In this document: one piece after another, positions 9,164-18,786 of the stretch
Layout: each line of letters opens with the position of its first letter
How positions within the stretch are numbered: position 1 is the first letter of the stretch
Source: Candidatus Methanoperedenaceae archaeon
Lineage (GTDB): Archaea; Halobacteriota; Methanosarcinia; Methanosarcinales; Methanoperedenaceae
Direction of reading: 5' to 3'
NCBI GenBank assembly: GCA_963753595.1
Contig: CAVWCX010000013.1
Location: forward strand, 1 to 37,222
Length of the DNA stretch: 37,222 bases
Made by a program: the position numbers and the translations under genes
The notes under the pieces: generated by a model
The model's database searches: none
Told to the model about the DNA's origin: nothing
The model's input: the letters and a program-made list of their open reading frames with translations, nothing else

Positions 9164-10648
9164 ATGATAATCGTTCCTTCTCATATACCAAACCTCGATG
9201 AAATACTTGAGGGAGGCTTCAACAAGCCTTCGATCGTGCTCGTAGCAGGCGTGGCAGGCAGTGGAAAAACAACATTTGCAGCCCAATCCCTGTTCAAAGC
9301 GGCAAAAGCAGGTGAAACCTGTCTTTTCATTTCAACCCTTTCTGAACCGCCGGCAATGATAAACAATTATATGTCGCATTTTTCGTTCTTTGACCAGTCG
9401 CTTTACGAATCAAATAAAATGAATATGATCAGTATAAGTGAATCCCTATTAAAAAAGGGCCATGATGCTGTTTTAGAATTCATAAACCAGAAAATATCCA
9501 TAATTAAACCTTCAAGGATAGTCATAGATCCCCTGACTGTACTTGGTGATATTCTCAAATCATTTGAGGACAGGCTTGTTAGCGACGATGAGCGAAGAGG
9601 CTTCTACTTTGACCTTTTCACTTCAATGAAAAGCTGGAACACACTTGTGATAATCACGGGCGAATTCGTTTTTGAAGACCTGCGCAGAAGTGTTGTGGGA
9701 TATCTTGCGGACGGGATAATATATTTATCTGAAGAAACGATCGGCATGAGAGTCGAAAGAAATCTTCGCATCTTGAAAATGAGGGGGCAAAAATACACAT
9801 CGGGAAAGCATTCTCTTAAGATGGGGGATAACGGGATAACTGTATTTCCACGCCTTTTACCACAACCAATGGATGAAATACCCGCATCAACTGTTAAGAT
9901 CAGCACAGGGATTTCGGGCCTTGATAAAATGCTGGAAGGCGGTATACTGGACGATGATGTCATATTGGTATCCGGGACTACCGGGACAGGCAAAACAACA
10001 TTCGGTCTCTATTTTATCTCTGACGGTTTAAAACGGGGGGAAAATGCATTGATAATTTCCCTTGAAGAGAGGCCTTCAAAACTCATCCGGAATGCAAAGA
10101 CTTTTGGTATAGAGCTTCAACCTTTTTTAGATAAAAAAATGCTTGAAGTTATCTTTATATCTCCTATTATGTTCAGCCCGGATGAAGAGGCATTGAAGAT
10201 AGAAAAGATCATTAAAGAAAAAGATATCAAACGCATATTTTTCGATGGTATTGAAAACCTTGAGGCTTCGATCCCTGATAATCTGGAGCGTAAGAACTAT
10301 GTCACCGTCCTTCTTAATCTTTTTTCGTCCATGGGGGTAACGACATTCATTACGAGTGAGATATCTGAACTATTCGGAACGGTAAAACTGACCCACGAGG
10401 CCCTTTCAGGTGCTGTAGATATAATTGTTCTTCTCAAGCATGTAGAGATCGAAGGAAAAATTCATGGGGTCCTGAGCGTTCTGAAATCCCGTGGAATTGA
10501 ACATGATACGGAAATAAAAGAATTTGAGATCACACACCACGGAATAAATGTTATGACCTCGATGAGAGGTTATGAAAGCGTCCTTAGCGGAAGTGCACGC
10601 AAAACCCCCGCAGATATCTTCAGGGAAACATTTGGTGAAAGACATTGA
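9164..10648 (+). CDS. Double-domain KaiC-like (RecA-superfamily) ATPase
   Basis: Two Walker A motifs (GVAGSGKT, GTTGTGKT), Walker B RIVIDP and RIFFDG, Arg-finger motifs ILKMRG and VLKSRG, and a KaiC-like tail GYESVLSG. Confidence 0.9.
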   Translation: MIIVPSHIPNLDEILEGGFNKPSIVLVAGVAGSGKTTFAAQSLFKAAKAGETCLFISTLSEPPAMINNYMSHFSFFDQSLYESNKMNMISISESLLKKGHDAVLEFINQKISIIKPSRIVIDPLTVLGDILKSFEDRLVSDDERRGFYFDLFTSMKSWNTLVIITGEFVFEDLRRSVVGYLADGIIYLSEETIGMRVERNLRILKMRGQKYTSGKHSLKMGDNGITVFPRLLPQPMDEIPASTVKISTGISGLDKMLEGGILDDDVILVSGTTGTGKTTFGLYFISDGLKRGENALIISLEERPSKLIRNAKTFGIELQPFLDKKMLEVIFISPIMFSPDEEALKIEKIIKEKDIKRIFFDGIENLEASIPDNLERKNYVTVLLNLFSSMGVTTFITSEISELFGTVKLTHEALSGAVDIIVLLKHVEIEGKIHGVLSVLKSRGIEHDTEIKEFEITHHGINVMTSMRGYESVLSGSARKTPADIFRETFGERH

Positions 10649-10932
10649 TAATCAATGAAACGTTCTTTTTTATATTGGTCATTATTCTGGGAATAACTTA
10701 TGCGCTCCTTATGAGTCTGCCTTTTAGCATAGCTTTTTTTTATCAGAAAGTCTTTAAGAAAAACGCTCTTCCATATTTTTTTGTAATAGCCGGACTATTT
10801 TACATCATATATTTTTTTATTTATTACATGGATGTATTCAGTGACATCGGAAGCGGGTTTTTTGCCGCCGGAGGGATCGTGCTTGCTGCTGCAAGTATCA
10901 GGCTTTATTTACTGATGACGGGAGGGGATTAA
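10645..10932 (+). CDS. Small ~3-TM hypothetical membrane protein
   Basis: 95 aa, hydrophobic; TTG start overlaps the ATPase stop, with GGTGA upstream. Confidence 0.75.
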   Translation: MIINETFFFILVIILGITYALLMSLPFSIAFFYQKVFKKNALPYFFVIAGLFYIIYFFIYYMDVFSDIGSGFFAAGGIVLAAASIRLYLLMTGGD

Positions 10933-10984
10933 AATTATACTTGAACTTGAATTTTTATTACACTCGGCTGGCACGATCAGTATA

Positions 10985-11293
10985 GTGATTTTCTATATTG
11001 TTATTGCAAGGCTCAGTGCCCTGATGGGAAAGGGATTGAGGCTCCCGTCACATTACCGGTGGTATTATGCTGCATGCATAATGACTTTATTGACAATTCC
11101 AATTCATTTATATTTGCACCAGATATATGAAAACCCGCATTCAATGGGATATGTTCTCGATTTAGAAGGGCTGTATATGTCTCTTCTTATTATGAGTAAT
11201 GTTATCGTTATTATTACATCCTCTAAATATTGGTGGTGGCTAAAAGATGAATTGCTTGAACAGTGGAGGTTAAAAAAACGCTCAGGTTTATGA
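10985..11293 (+). CDS. Small ~3-TM hypothetical membrane protein (start may be further upstream)
   Basis: Hydrophobic segments plus LPSHYRWYY and KYWWWL; the frame is open back to 10919. Confidence 0.75.
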   Translation: MIFYIVIARLSALMGKGLRLPSHYRWYYAACIMTLLTIPIHLYLHQIYENPHSMGYVLDLEGLYMSLLIMSNVIVIITSSKYWWWLKDELLEQWRLKKRSGL

Positions 11294-11310
11294 AATAATT
11301 ATAAATAAAT

Positions 11311-14121
11311 ATGAAAAATATCTCTATTATATACAAGATCTCTATTTTGCTATTAATAATAACCCTTGTACCACTCGTAATAATGTCTTTTTTCATAGTG
11401 TCTGATCTTCCGGTTCTCAAGGACACGATAGAAAATGCAGGCCAATCCCTCTCAAGAGAGAGTGATAACAGTTTCAAGAAAGTAGAGGAAATTACCATAA
11501 ATTATAGTAAAAAGACACTTGATGCCCAGTCTGAAAAGATAATCAGGATCAGGCTACTTGAGATCTCAAAACAGATTTCTGAATTCTTAAGGAATGCAGA
11601 AACGGACACTCTGATCCTTTCAAAACTTCCACCTGATGAACAAACATACCTCAATTTTGCAGATACCAGGAAAAAAGCGATATGGTTTGACAAGGACACT
11701 TATGCTCTTCTTCCTGTATATCAGGAAATATCATTCATAGGTACCGATGGGGTTGAAAGGCTAAAGATCAGGAATGGATCAATTAGAAAAGATTTTGTTG
11801 ACCTTAATGACGATAATAACCTGGAATTCAAGGCAAAGGCAAATCCAGATGACCGGGTGATAAACTATTTCAAAGAGGGAATGAAGCTTAAAGAAGGGGA
11901 GATATATGTAAGCCATATTGAGGGAAGGATATTAAATATAACAGAGGCACATGCCGGTAATAAGAATCCATCAGGAAAATATGCGCATGGCATCCAGAGA
12001 TTTGTTACGCCGGTTTATGTCGAGGGGGAAAAAACCGGCATTCTCATGCTGGGACTTGATTCTATCCATATACTTGAGTATATGCAGCATATCAGGCCGC
12101 TGGATTATGAGAGGCTTCCCCTCTCCGACCTTCTTTCCGGGGATTACCTGGCAATGCTTGATAATGAGGGCTGGCTCCTTCATCCAAAACAGTATTTCAG
12201 TAAAGGATATGATAAGAATGGAGAGCTTGTTCCTGCTATAAGTGAAGGCAATTTCGAGCAGTATAACAGGAGCGGTTTATTTCCAATGCATATCCCCACC
12301 TCAAAGATCCTGTGGGGAAAAAGCGGGGATGAGTATATGAAAAGGATCATGAATTCGCTATATGTAACTGGCAAGGGAGATTTCTTTAGCGAGCAGGTAC
12401 TTGAAGGAAAAACAAAAGTCGCTATATGGGTCCCTATAACTTATGGGAGCGAATTCAAAGACAGGGCCGTGAACATGGAGCGCGGATACGGGTTGCTTTT
12501 TGCATCAAGTGAGTTCCCGGTATTCTATCAATTATCCGGAGATCTCGGGAAAATTACACAGAATGAGAGTGATAATCTTTCATTTGAACTTAAAGAAACT
12601 ACGAGGATGATCACGGCAAATATTGATGAAAGTTCCCGGAGGATATTGAACCGGATCCCGTATATCCTGGTCCTGGTCATTGCCATGACACTAATATTCG
12701 TGGTCGCGGGTACATACCTGATCATAAAGCCTTTAAGGAAGGTTACGGCAGGTGCAAAAGCTATTGGGGAAGGTAACCTTGACTACAGGATAAATATCTC
12801 TTCAAAGGATGAAATGGGGGAATTGGCAGGCTCATTTAATAACATGGCATATGAACTGCGAAATAAGTCAACAGAAATGAATAAAATAAACCAGGAACTC
12901 ACCGGTCTTTATACAATTGCAAAAACAGTAAGCCAATCCCTTGATCTTGAAGAAATATTCAATGTGGCATTATCAAAAGCACTTGAAGTAACAGATACAG
13001 AAGCTGGTACATTGTATTCACTTGATGGAGACATCTTGCGCCTTCAGGCTTTTACCGGACTTTCCACAGCCTTCAGGGAAAAGGCACTAACCCGGAAATT
13101 GGGTGAAGGTATTCCTGGAATTGCAGCACAATTAAAAAAACCAATAACAATGGACATTTCCCGGTTCCCAAGTCTAAATTTACGTCCTTTTGTGGAAAAG
13201 GAGGGTCTTGTTTCATTTATTGGAACTCCGCTAATGTCAAAGGGGACGGTCGTTGGTGCAATTAGCCTTGGAACAAGCAAAAAGCGCGTATTCACGAAGG
13301 ATGAACTTGATCTATTATTCTCGATAGGGAATGTTATAGGTATTGCGGCAGAAAATGCGCGTTTATTCAAAGAATCCAGGGAAACCCTCCAAAAATTACA
13401 GAAAGCTTTTGAAGAATTGCAGACGCTGGATACGATGAAAGACGAATTGATATCAAATGTTTCACATGAATTGAAAACACCCCTTATCTCAATAAAGGGG
13501 TATGGGGAGTTATTATATGATGAAAAGCTGGGAAAACTTTCTGATAAGCAAAAGACGAGCCTTGAATCTATTATAAGGAATGCGGACAGGTTAACCCGTT
13601 TGATAAATTCGATCCTGTTCATCAGCAAATTCCAGGCCGGAAAAATCGAATTCAAATTCGAATCCCTGGATATAAAAGAGATAATAAAACATTGTGTTGA
13701 TGATTTTAAACGAATCCTTGATAAAAAACAGATACAGCTGGAAATGGATATTCCAGAGACAATAAAAATACTCGGAGATAAGGACAGGTTTACAGAAGTA
13801 ATTATCAATCTTCTTGATAATGCTATAAAATTTACACCAGAGGGAGGTAAAATCTCAATAAAAGCACAGGGTGAAAAAGAGTGTGTCCACATTACAGTAT
13901 CAGATAACGGGATAGGAATTTCACCAGAGATCCTGCCAAAACTGTTTTCGCGGTTTTACCAGGTCGATACATCCAGTGACAGGAAATTTGGGGGAACTGG
14001 TCTTGGACTTTATATTACAAAAAATATTATTGATGCCTTAAACGGTAAAATATGGATTGAAAGCGAGGTCGCAAAAGGGACAACAGTCCATGTACTTGTA
14101 CCTGTTGCGAAAGAGAAATAA
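11311..14121 (+). CDS. Membrane sensor histidine kinase (TM, large Cache-like sensor, TM, HAMP, GAF, HisKA, HATPase)
   Basis: HAMP KPLRKV...DEMGELAGSFNNM, a GAF segment, H-box SHELKTPL, N-box NLLDNAIKF, G-boxes DNGIGI and GGTGLGL. The Cache assignment is inferred. Confidence 0.93.
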   Translation: MKNISIIYKISILLLIITLVPLVIMSFFIVSDLPVLKDTIENAGQSLSRESDNSFKKVEEITINYSKKTLDAQSEKIIRIRLLEISKQISEFLRNAETDTLILSKLPPDEQTYLNFADTRKKAIWFDKDTYALLPVYQEISFIGTDGVERLKIRNGSIRKDFVDLNDDNNLEFKAKANPDDRVINYFKEGMKLKEGEIYVSHIEGRILNITEAHAGNKNPSGKYAHGIQRFVTPVYVEGEKTGILMLGLDSIHILEYMQHIRPLDYERLPLSDLLSGDYLAMLDNEGWLLHPKQYFSKGYDKNGELVPAISEGNFEQYNRSGLFPMHIPTSKILWGKSGDEYMKRIMNSLYVTGKGDFFSEQVLEGKTKVAIWVPITYGSEFKDRAVNMERGYGLLFASSEFPVFYQLSGDLGKITQNESDNLSFELKETTRMITANIDESSRRILNRIPYILVLVIAMTLIFVVAGTYLIIKPLRKVTAGAKAIGEGNLDYRINISSKDEMGELAGSFNNMAYELRNKSTEMNKINQELTGLYTIAKTVSQSLDLEEIFNVALSKALEVTDTEAGTLYSLDGDILRLQAFTGLSTAFREKALTRKLGEGIPGIAAQLKKPITMDISRFPSLNLRPFVEKEGLVSFIGTPLMSKGTVVGAISLGTSKKRVFTKDELDLLFSIGNVIGIAAENARLFKESRETLQKLQKAFEELQTLDTMKDELISNVSHELKTPLISIKGYGELLYDEKLGKLSDKQKTSLESIIRNADRLTRLINSILFISKFQAGKIEFKFESLDIKEIIKHCVDDFKRILDKKQIQLEMDIPETIKILGDKDRFTEVIINLLDNAIKFTPEGGKISIKAQGEKECVHITVSDNGIGISPEILPKLFSRFYQVDTSSDRKFGGTGLGLYITKNIIDALNGKIWIESEVAKGTTVHVLVPVAKEK

Positions 14122-14256
14122 AAAAAAATATACGGATAAAAGACCTGGTAGCAAGGTTCCAAAAGAGCAATTATTTACACTTGGAAAACAATTAATTATT
14201 AATGGGGACTCAATGAAAACATGCAGATATTTCGGTAATTTATTTTGGTGATATGA

Positions 14257-14619
14257 ATGGAAAAGATAATGGTAGTGGATGATGAACCCGACACCGTGGA
14301 TCTGATAAAATTAGTTCTTGAAACAGAAGGGTTTGAGGTCATATCCGCATATAGCGGTAAAGAGTGTCTTGAAAAACTAAAAATAGAAAAGCCTTCTATG
14401 ATTTTGTTGGATCTCATGATGCCTGGAATGGATGGGTGGGAAGTTTTCCACGAAATAAAAAAAAAATACGAGGACATTCCTGTTGCGATCCTGACTGTCA
14501 GCGACCGCGACATTGACAAGATGCTTGGGCTCCATGTATTAAAAGCCGATGATTATATCATAAAGCCATTCGGAAGGCAGGAACTTATCGACAGGATCAG
14601 GAGGATCCTGGACAAATAA
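14257..14619 (+). CDS. Single-domain response regulator (receiver only)
   Basis: VVDDEP, LLDLMMP (phospho-Asp), ILT and KPF. Confidence 0.93.
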   Translation: MEKIMVVDDEPDTVDLIKLVLETEGFEVISAYSGKECLEKLKIEKPSMILLDLMMPGMDGWEVFHEIKKKYEDIPVAILTVSDRDIDKMLGLHVLKADDYIIKPFGRQELIDRIRRILDK

Positions 14620-14632
14620 AATGGAACACTCT

Positions 14633-15214
14633 TCAAAAATCCGTAATTATCACACAATACATATCAGATACAGCCACAGGAGGCTCATCAGTAGTTCCGG
14701 TCATTATCCGTTCCCCAGTATAACCAAGTTTCTCACAAACCGAGATATTCTTTGAAAATCCTTCCTGTTTCAGGAAATCCGCAATTTCTTTTGCTCCAAA
14801 TGAGGAATCAGGCAGCAGAAAAATAATTTTTCCATTTCTTAAATCCGCTAATATCCGTTCTTTTACAACTCCAATATCTCTTGAGTGGGCGGTAATTACG
14901 GCAATATTATCAATTTCAAGCCTAAGCCTTGCGCATGCGATCTGCAGTGATGAGATCCCAGGGATAATTTCATCATCAAATTTTGCATACTTCCCAAGAC
15001 CTGAAAGCATCGGGTCTCCTGTGGAGAGGACGACCGCATTTTCGGGAAGTTTTTGCAAAGTATAATCCGTAAGTATTCTCGCTTCGCATTTTATATGTTC
15101 TTTTGCCAGCTCTATTGCCCGTTTTGATCCGAATATTATTCTGGCATTTTCTATTGCCTTTATCGCTTCTTTAGTAAGAAGATCAGGACCCGCGCCAACG
15201 CCAATTATTTTCAT
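14633..15214 (-). CDS. cbiE: Cobalt-precorrin-7 C5-methyltransferase CbiE
   Basis: IIGVGAGP, STGDPMLSG, IPGISS and EKLGY; overlaps cbiD. Confidence 0.85.
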   Translation of the reverse strand: MKIIGVGAGPDLLTKEAIKAIENARIIFGSKRAIELAKEHIKCEARILTDYTLQKLPENAVVLSTGDPMLSGLGKYAKFDDEIIPGISSLQIACARLRLEIDNIAVITAHSRDIGVVKERILADLRNGKIIFLLPDSSFGAKEIADFLKQEGFSKNISVCEKLGYTGERIMTGTTDEPPVAVSDMYCVIITDF

Positions 15215-16221
15215 AAAGTTCCTTCCGGGAAGATATTTCGTTCACTGCTATCACGAAGAATTGTCCCGTTCCTGTTCAATAGCACAATTCTTTTTCCCGA
15301 TACCTTAACTGCCGCATCCAGTGCACGGTCAATAACAGGATTTTGCGGATTTGCATCTATCATTTCCTGGATCGTAATATAACCGCTATTTTTTAAGATA
15401 TCTGCTTTTGCCCATTTTAAGATAAGCCCGGGAAGGCCGCAGATTATTACCTCTCCTTTTGCAGCGGCAAGACCTCTTGAGATATCGCTTCCGATAAGTA
15501 TTACTGTGTATCCCGGAAAAAGCATATTGGAGAAGCGCATTCCGATCCTTCCTGTTGTAAGAACCACTTTGTCGGCTTTTTCGATAAGTTCTTCCTTTGT
15601 CTCTCCCAGATGTTCATTCCATGGCTCAACAAAGCCGGTTGTTCCCAGGATGGAAAGTCCTCCAATAATACCTATCTTTTCATTAAGCGTTTTTTTTGCA
15701 ACTTCCTTACCCCGGGGGATTGAAATTGTTACAAGAGCCCCTAGTAATCCAGTTTCAAGAAGCGCTTCTTTTATAGAATCCTCAATTTGCCGCATCGGAG
15801 AAGGATTGATCGCTGGTTTGCCATTTTTTGAACCAATGCCGAACCCTGCTTTGATTAAAATCGTTTCATTTTCTTTTGCTTCTGCGTAGATCTCTATTCC
15901 CCGTGTCACATCAATTGCATGATCCCCGGAATCCTTAATGGCAAAAGCCGTCCCATTTTTTGCATGAACCGGTAGGAAAGCACGGATACCCGAAGGTGTG
16001 GGAACAGATACTTCTGAAACATCCCTTTTCAGGGATAAGACCGCAGCTTTAGCCGCAGCTGCAGCAGTTGTCCCTGTTGTAAACCCCCGCCGCAAAAGTG
16101 AACCATCGCAAAGAAGGACATAACGCCCGCTGGATATGCGTGATTCGAGTTTGTCAGGTGGTATCCTTGCCCGTTTTACCCATTCAGGTGGTATTTCAAA
16201 ATTATCAACAGGATCAATCAT
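15211..16221 (-). CDS. cbiD: Cobalt-precorrin-5B C1-methyltransferase CbiD
   Basis: LRRGFTTGTTAAAAAKAA, KDSGD...DVT and GGLSILGTTGFVEP. Confidence 0.93.
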   Translation of the reverse strand: MIDPVDNFEIPPEWVKRARIPPDKLESRISSGRYVLLCDGSLLRRGFTTGTTAAAAAKAAVLSLKRDVSEVSVPTPSGIRAFLPVHAKNGTAFAIKDSGDHAIDVTRGIEIYAEAKENETILIKAGFGIGSKNGKPAINPSPMRQIEDSIKEALLETGLLGALVTISIPRGKEVAKKTLNEKIGIIGGLSILGTTGFVEPWNEHLGETKEELIEKADKVVLTTGRIGMRFSNMLFPGYTVILIGSDISRGLAAAKGEVIICGLPGLILKWAKADILKNSGYITIQEMIDANPQNPVIDRALDAAVKVSGKRIVLLNRNGTILRDSSERNIFPEGTL

Positions 16222-16231
16222 ATATAGGTAT

Positions 16232-17515
16232 TCACATTAGTCTGGCTGGAAGCTTCTGGCCGGTGAGCAAATCCTCGTAATCTTCGCGTTTCCTGATGAC
16301 GTCTGCTTCTCCATCTTTAATCAGCACCTCGGCGCATCGGGGTCTTCCGTTATACTGGCTGCTCATGCTAAAGCCGTATGCTCCGGCATCCAGCAAGGCG
16401 ATAAGATCTCCTTTTTCGATATGCGGAAGGATTCTATCCTTGGCAAAAATATCCCCGGTCTCGCATATTGGCCCGACGATCGTATAAGTGCCTTCTGGTT
16501 TGGAATTTGCTTTGTTCGCTACTACAACGTAATGATATGAGTCATACATGGTGGGGCGGACAAGAAGATTAAAACCTGCATCCACACCAACGAAATTTTT
16601 TGCTGCTTTCTTCACCGTATTGACGCGTGCCAGAAGGATGGTCGTATCTGCGACGATAAAACGCCCGGGTTCAAGTACAAGCCTTGGTGATATCCCAAGT
16701 GTTCTTGTCCTTTCTTCAAATACCGGAAGGATCGCTTTTGCATGGTCTTTCGGAGTTGGAGCCGGTCCTTCATCTTTCTTATATGGTATGCCAAGACCTG
16801 AACCCATGTCAACGAATTTAAGATTTATTCCAAGCCCCGTTATTTTTTCTACAAGGTCCATCATTTTGTGGGCAGCTTCGGTGAACGATCCTGTTTCCAA
16901 TATCTGGGAACCGATATGGCAATGAATACCTGCCGGGACGATACCGGGAAGTTCGTTGGCTTCTTTATATGCATCCACAACTTCTTCTGAGGGAATTCCG
17001 AATTTTGAGGTTCGAAGGCCTGTTGATATTTTCGGATGGGTCTTTGGGGAGACATCGGGATTGACACGGAATGCGATTTCCACAGTTTTGCCCAGGGAAT
17101 CGGCTATTTTTGATAATGTGTGAAGTTCATCAAGAGAATCCACAGAGACTTTTATCCCTATTTCCACTGCTTTTTGCAGTTCAAAATCAGTCTTTGAATT
17201 GCCATTAAAAAGGATCTTCTCGCGCGGGATACCGGCAAGAAGGGCCATATTAAGCTCACCGAAACTGAAAACATCGGCGCCGGCTCCTTCCCGTGCAAGC
17301 ATGCGGAGGATGGCAAAGCTTCCATTGGCTTTGGCCGCATAATAGATATCAGCATCAGGGAACGCTTTCCTGTATGCTGAGAAATTACTGATGACGCGGG
17401 ATTCATTGGTAACATAAAGTGGAGTTCCAAACTGTTCCGCAAGGGCGGTGGTATCCGCGCCGCCGATAATAAGGTGATTGTTCCTGATTTCAAGATGATC
17501 TTTTATTGTGAACAT
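16232..17515 (-). CDS. lysA: Diaminopimelate decarboxylase
   Basis: PLP lysine motif YAAKAN, SKFG, HCHIGSQ, EPGR, GPICETGD and GAYGFSMSSQYN. Probable ATG at 17515. Confidence 0.95.
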   Translation of the reverse strand: MFTIKDHLEIRNNHLIIGGADTTALAEQFGTPLYVTNESRVISNFSAYRKAFPDADIYYAAKANGSFAILRMLAREGAGADVFSFGELNMALLAGIPREKILFNGNSKTDFELQKAVEIGIKVSVDSLDELHTLSKIADSLGKTVEIAFRVNPDVSPKTHPKISTGLRTSKFGIPSEEVVDAYKEANELPGIVPAGIHCHIGSQILETGSFTEAAHKMMDLVEKITGLGINLKFVDMGSGLGIPYKKDEGPAPTPKDHAKAILPVFEERTRTLGISPRLVLEPGRFIVADTTILLARVNTVKKAAKNFVGVDAGFNLLVRPTMYDSYHYVVVANKANSKPEGTYTIVGPICETGDIFAKDRILPHIEKGDLIALLDAGAYGFSMSSQYNGRPRCAEVLIKDGEADVIRKREDYEDLLTGQKLPARLM

Positions 17516-17649
17516 AGGGGCACAATTAACGGATATTATATTATAGCTTACCTTTTTTTTAATAATCTTCATGAATAATTATTTCATTCAAATGCTGAGT
17601 ACTATTACCCAAGCGAAAACTATTTATTCGGGGCAATAGATGATAGAAG

Positions 17650-17730
17650 TGTTCGCGTAACAGCGAACAAGATAAGCGGGTTCATTTTTTCAACGATACC
17701 ACCCACTCCCCTTCCCGCTTATCTTTATTA
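17650..17730 (+). ncRNA. Candidate structured small RNA
   Basis: BRE/TATA-like CGAAAACTATTTATT about 25 nt upstream, a 7-bp hairpin, a 12-bp stem with a C-rich loop, and T-rich sequence downstream. Confidence 0.4.
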
Positions 17731-17971
17731 ATCATTTTGATAATTTTTTATGATATTTTTATTTTTTTGACACAGCATTCCCGTCCCCCAACAACTTGGC
17801 ACAACAAAGTTTTACCATCCAAAACATTACTCTTTCGCCAGTAAGAAACCATCCTTTATTATGACTTTTAACAAAATCCATCTATTTTTCCCAGATAAAA
17901 AACAAATCAGCGTTAAATCAAACCTTTAAACACTGTGTAAAGATGTTGGTTAAAAAAAAGTTTTAAGAAGC

Positions 17972-18592
17972 CTACGGAAGACTAAAAATCGACTTTCGTT
18001 CATACTTTTCTTTTAATCCGTTTATTAATTCTGGGGAAATATCGACTTGAATTCCTTTTTCATAATTTGTTTTATAATATTCAAAAAGTAACTCATATAG
18101 CCTATAAGGTTCAAATTTTAAAATATAGTCTTTTTCTTTAATATTGAAACATTTATGCTTTTTCCATACTTCAAATAATTTCCTATCTATACCACTTGTT
18201 TTTGATGGGCTTATAACATTTACTTTTAAAATAAATTGTAAAATTATTGGAACAGCAAAAAATATCATAGTTGTAAGGAAAAGACATGAATATGAAATAA
18301 ATTTTTCTTTTGGGTCCGTAATTAACGACCAAGTTTCAATGTAAGTAATAACGATTGTTACGATAGAAATTATAATCATAAAAATAATACCCATCGTCAA
18401 ATCGTTAATCCAACATATCTCCCTTGTTAAAGATTCTATTCGACTGCATAACTCATTCTTATCATTTTTCTTATTATATACAATATCATTAATCCATATA
18501 CTATATCCTTCTCTATATTGTCCCATAAATTGCGTGGAAATAACACCAAACATACCAAAAAGAATCACTAGAAAAACGAGTAAGATCATCAT
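17972..18592 (-). CDS. AT-rich hypothetical membrane protein, possibly disrupted at the 5' end
   Basis: 206-aa ORF with about 3 TM segments in very AT-rich DNA; no family recognised. Confidence 0.6.
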   Translation of the reverse strand: MMILLVFLVILFGMFGVISTQFMGQYREGYSIWINDIVYNKKNDKNELCSRIESLTREICWINDLTMGIIFMIIISIVTIVITYIETWSLITDPKEKFISYSCLFLTTMIFFAVPIILQFILKVNVISPSKTSGIDRKLFEVWKKHKCFNIKEKDYILKFEPYRLYELLFEYYKTNYEKGIQVDISPELINGLKEKYERKSIFSLP

Positions 18593-18786
18593 ATAATCGA
18601 TAAAGTGCGGGCAAGTTGATTAAACGGGTAAAGATTAATTAATCAAAAGAGTACCCAAAAGCTAACTATTATTAATCCACCAAAAATATATCCCAATTGA
18701 ACCAATTTTGCCATTTTTTCAGTTGCCATGATTTTCTCCAATTTCTCCCTCTTAAGGGATTATTATATATAAATATTTTATTGTTA

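Noticed and set aside
9164-10648. A true circadian kaiC gene
   Set aside because: No kaiA or kaiB nearby, and the ST phosphosite pair is incomplete.
17516-17730. Lysine riboswitch upstream of lysA
   Set aside because: The structured segment is too short, shows none of the riboswitch features I could recognise, and its promoter-like signal points away from lysA.
17759-17881. 40-codon minus-strand ORF (MDFVKSHNKGW...)
   Set aside because: No clear SD or recognisable motif; cannot be distinguished from chance.
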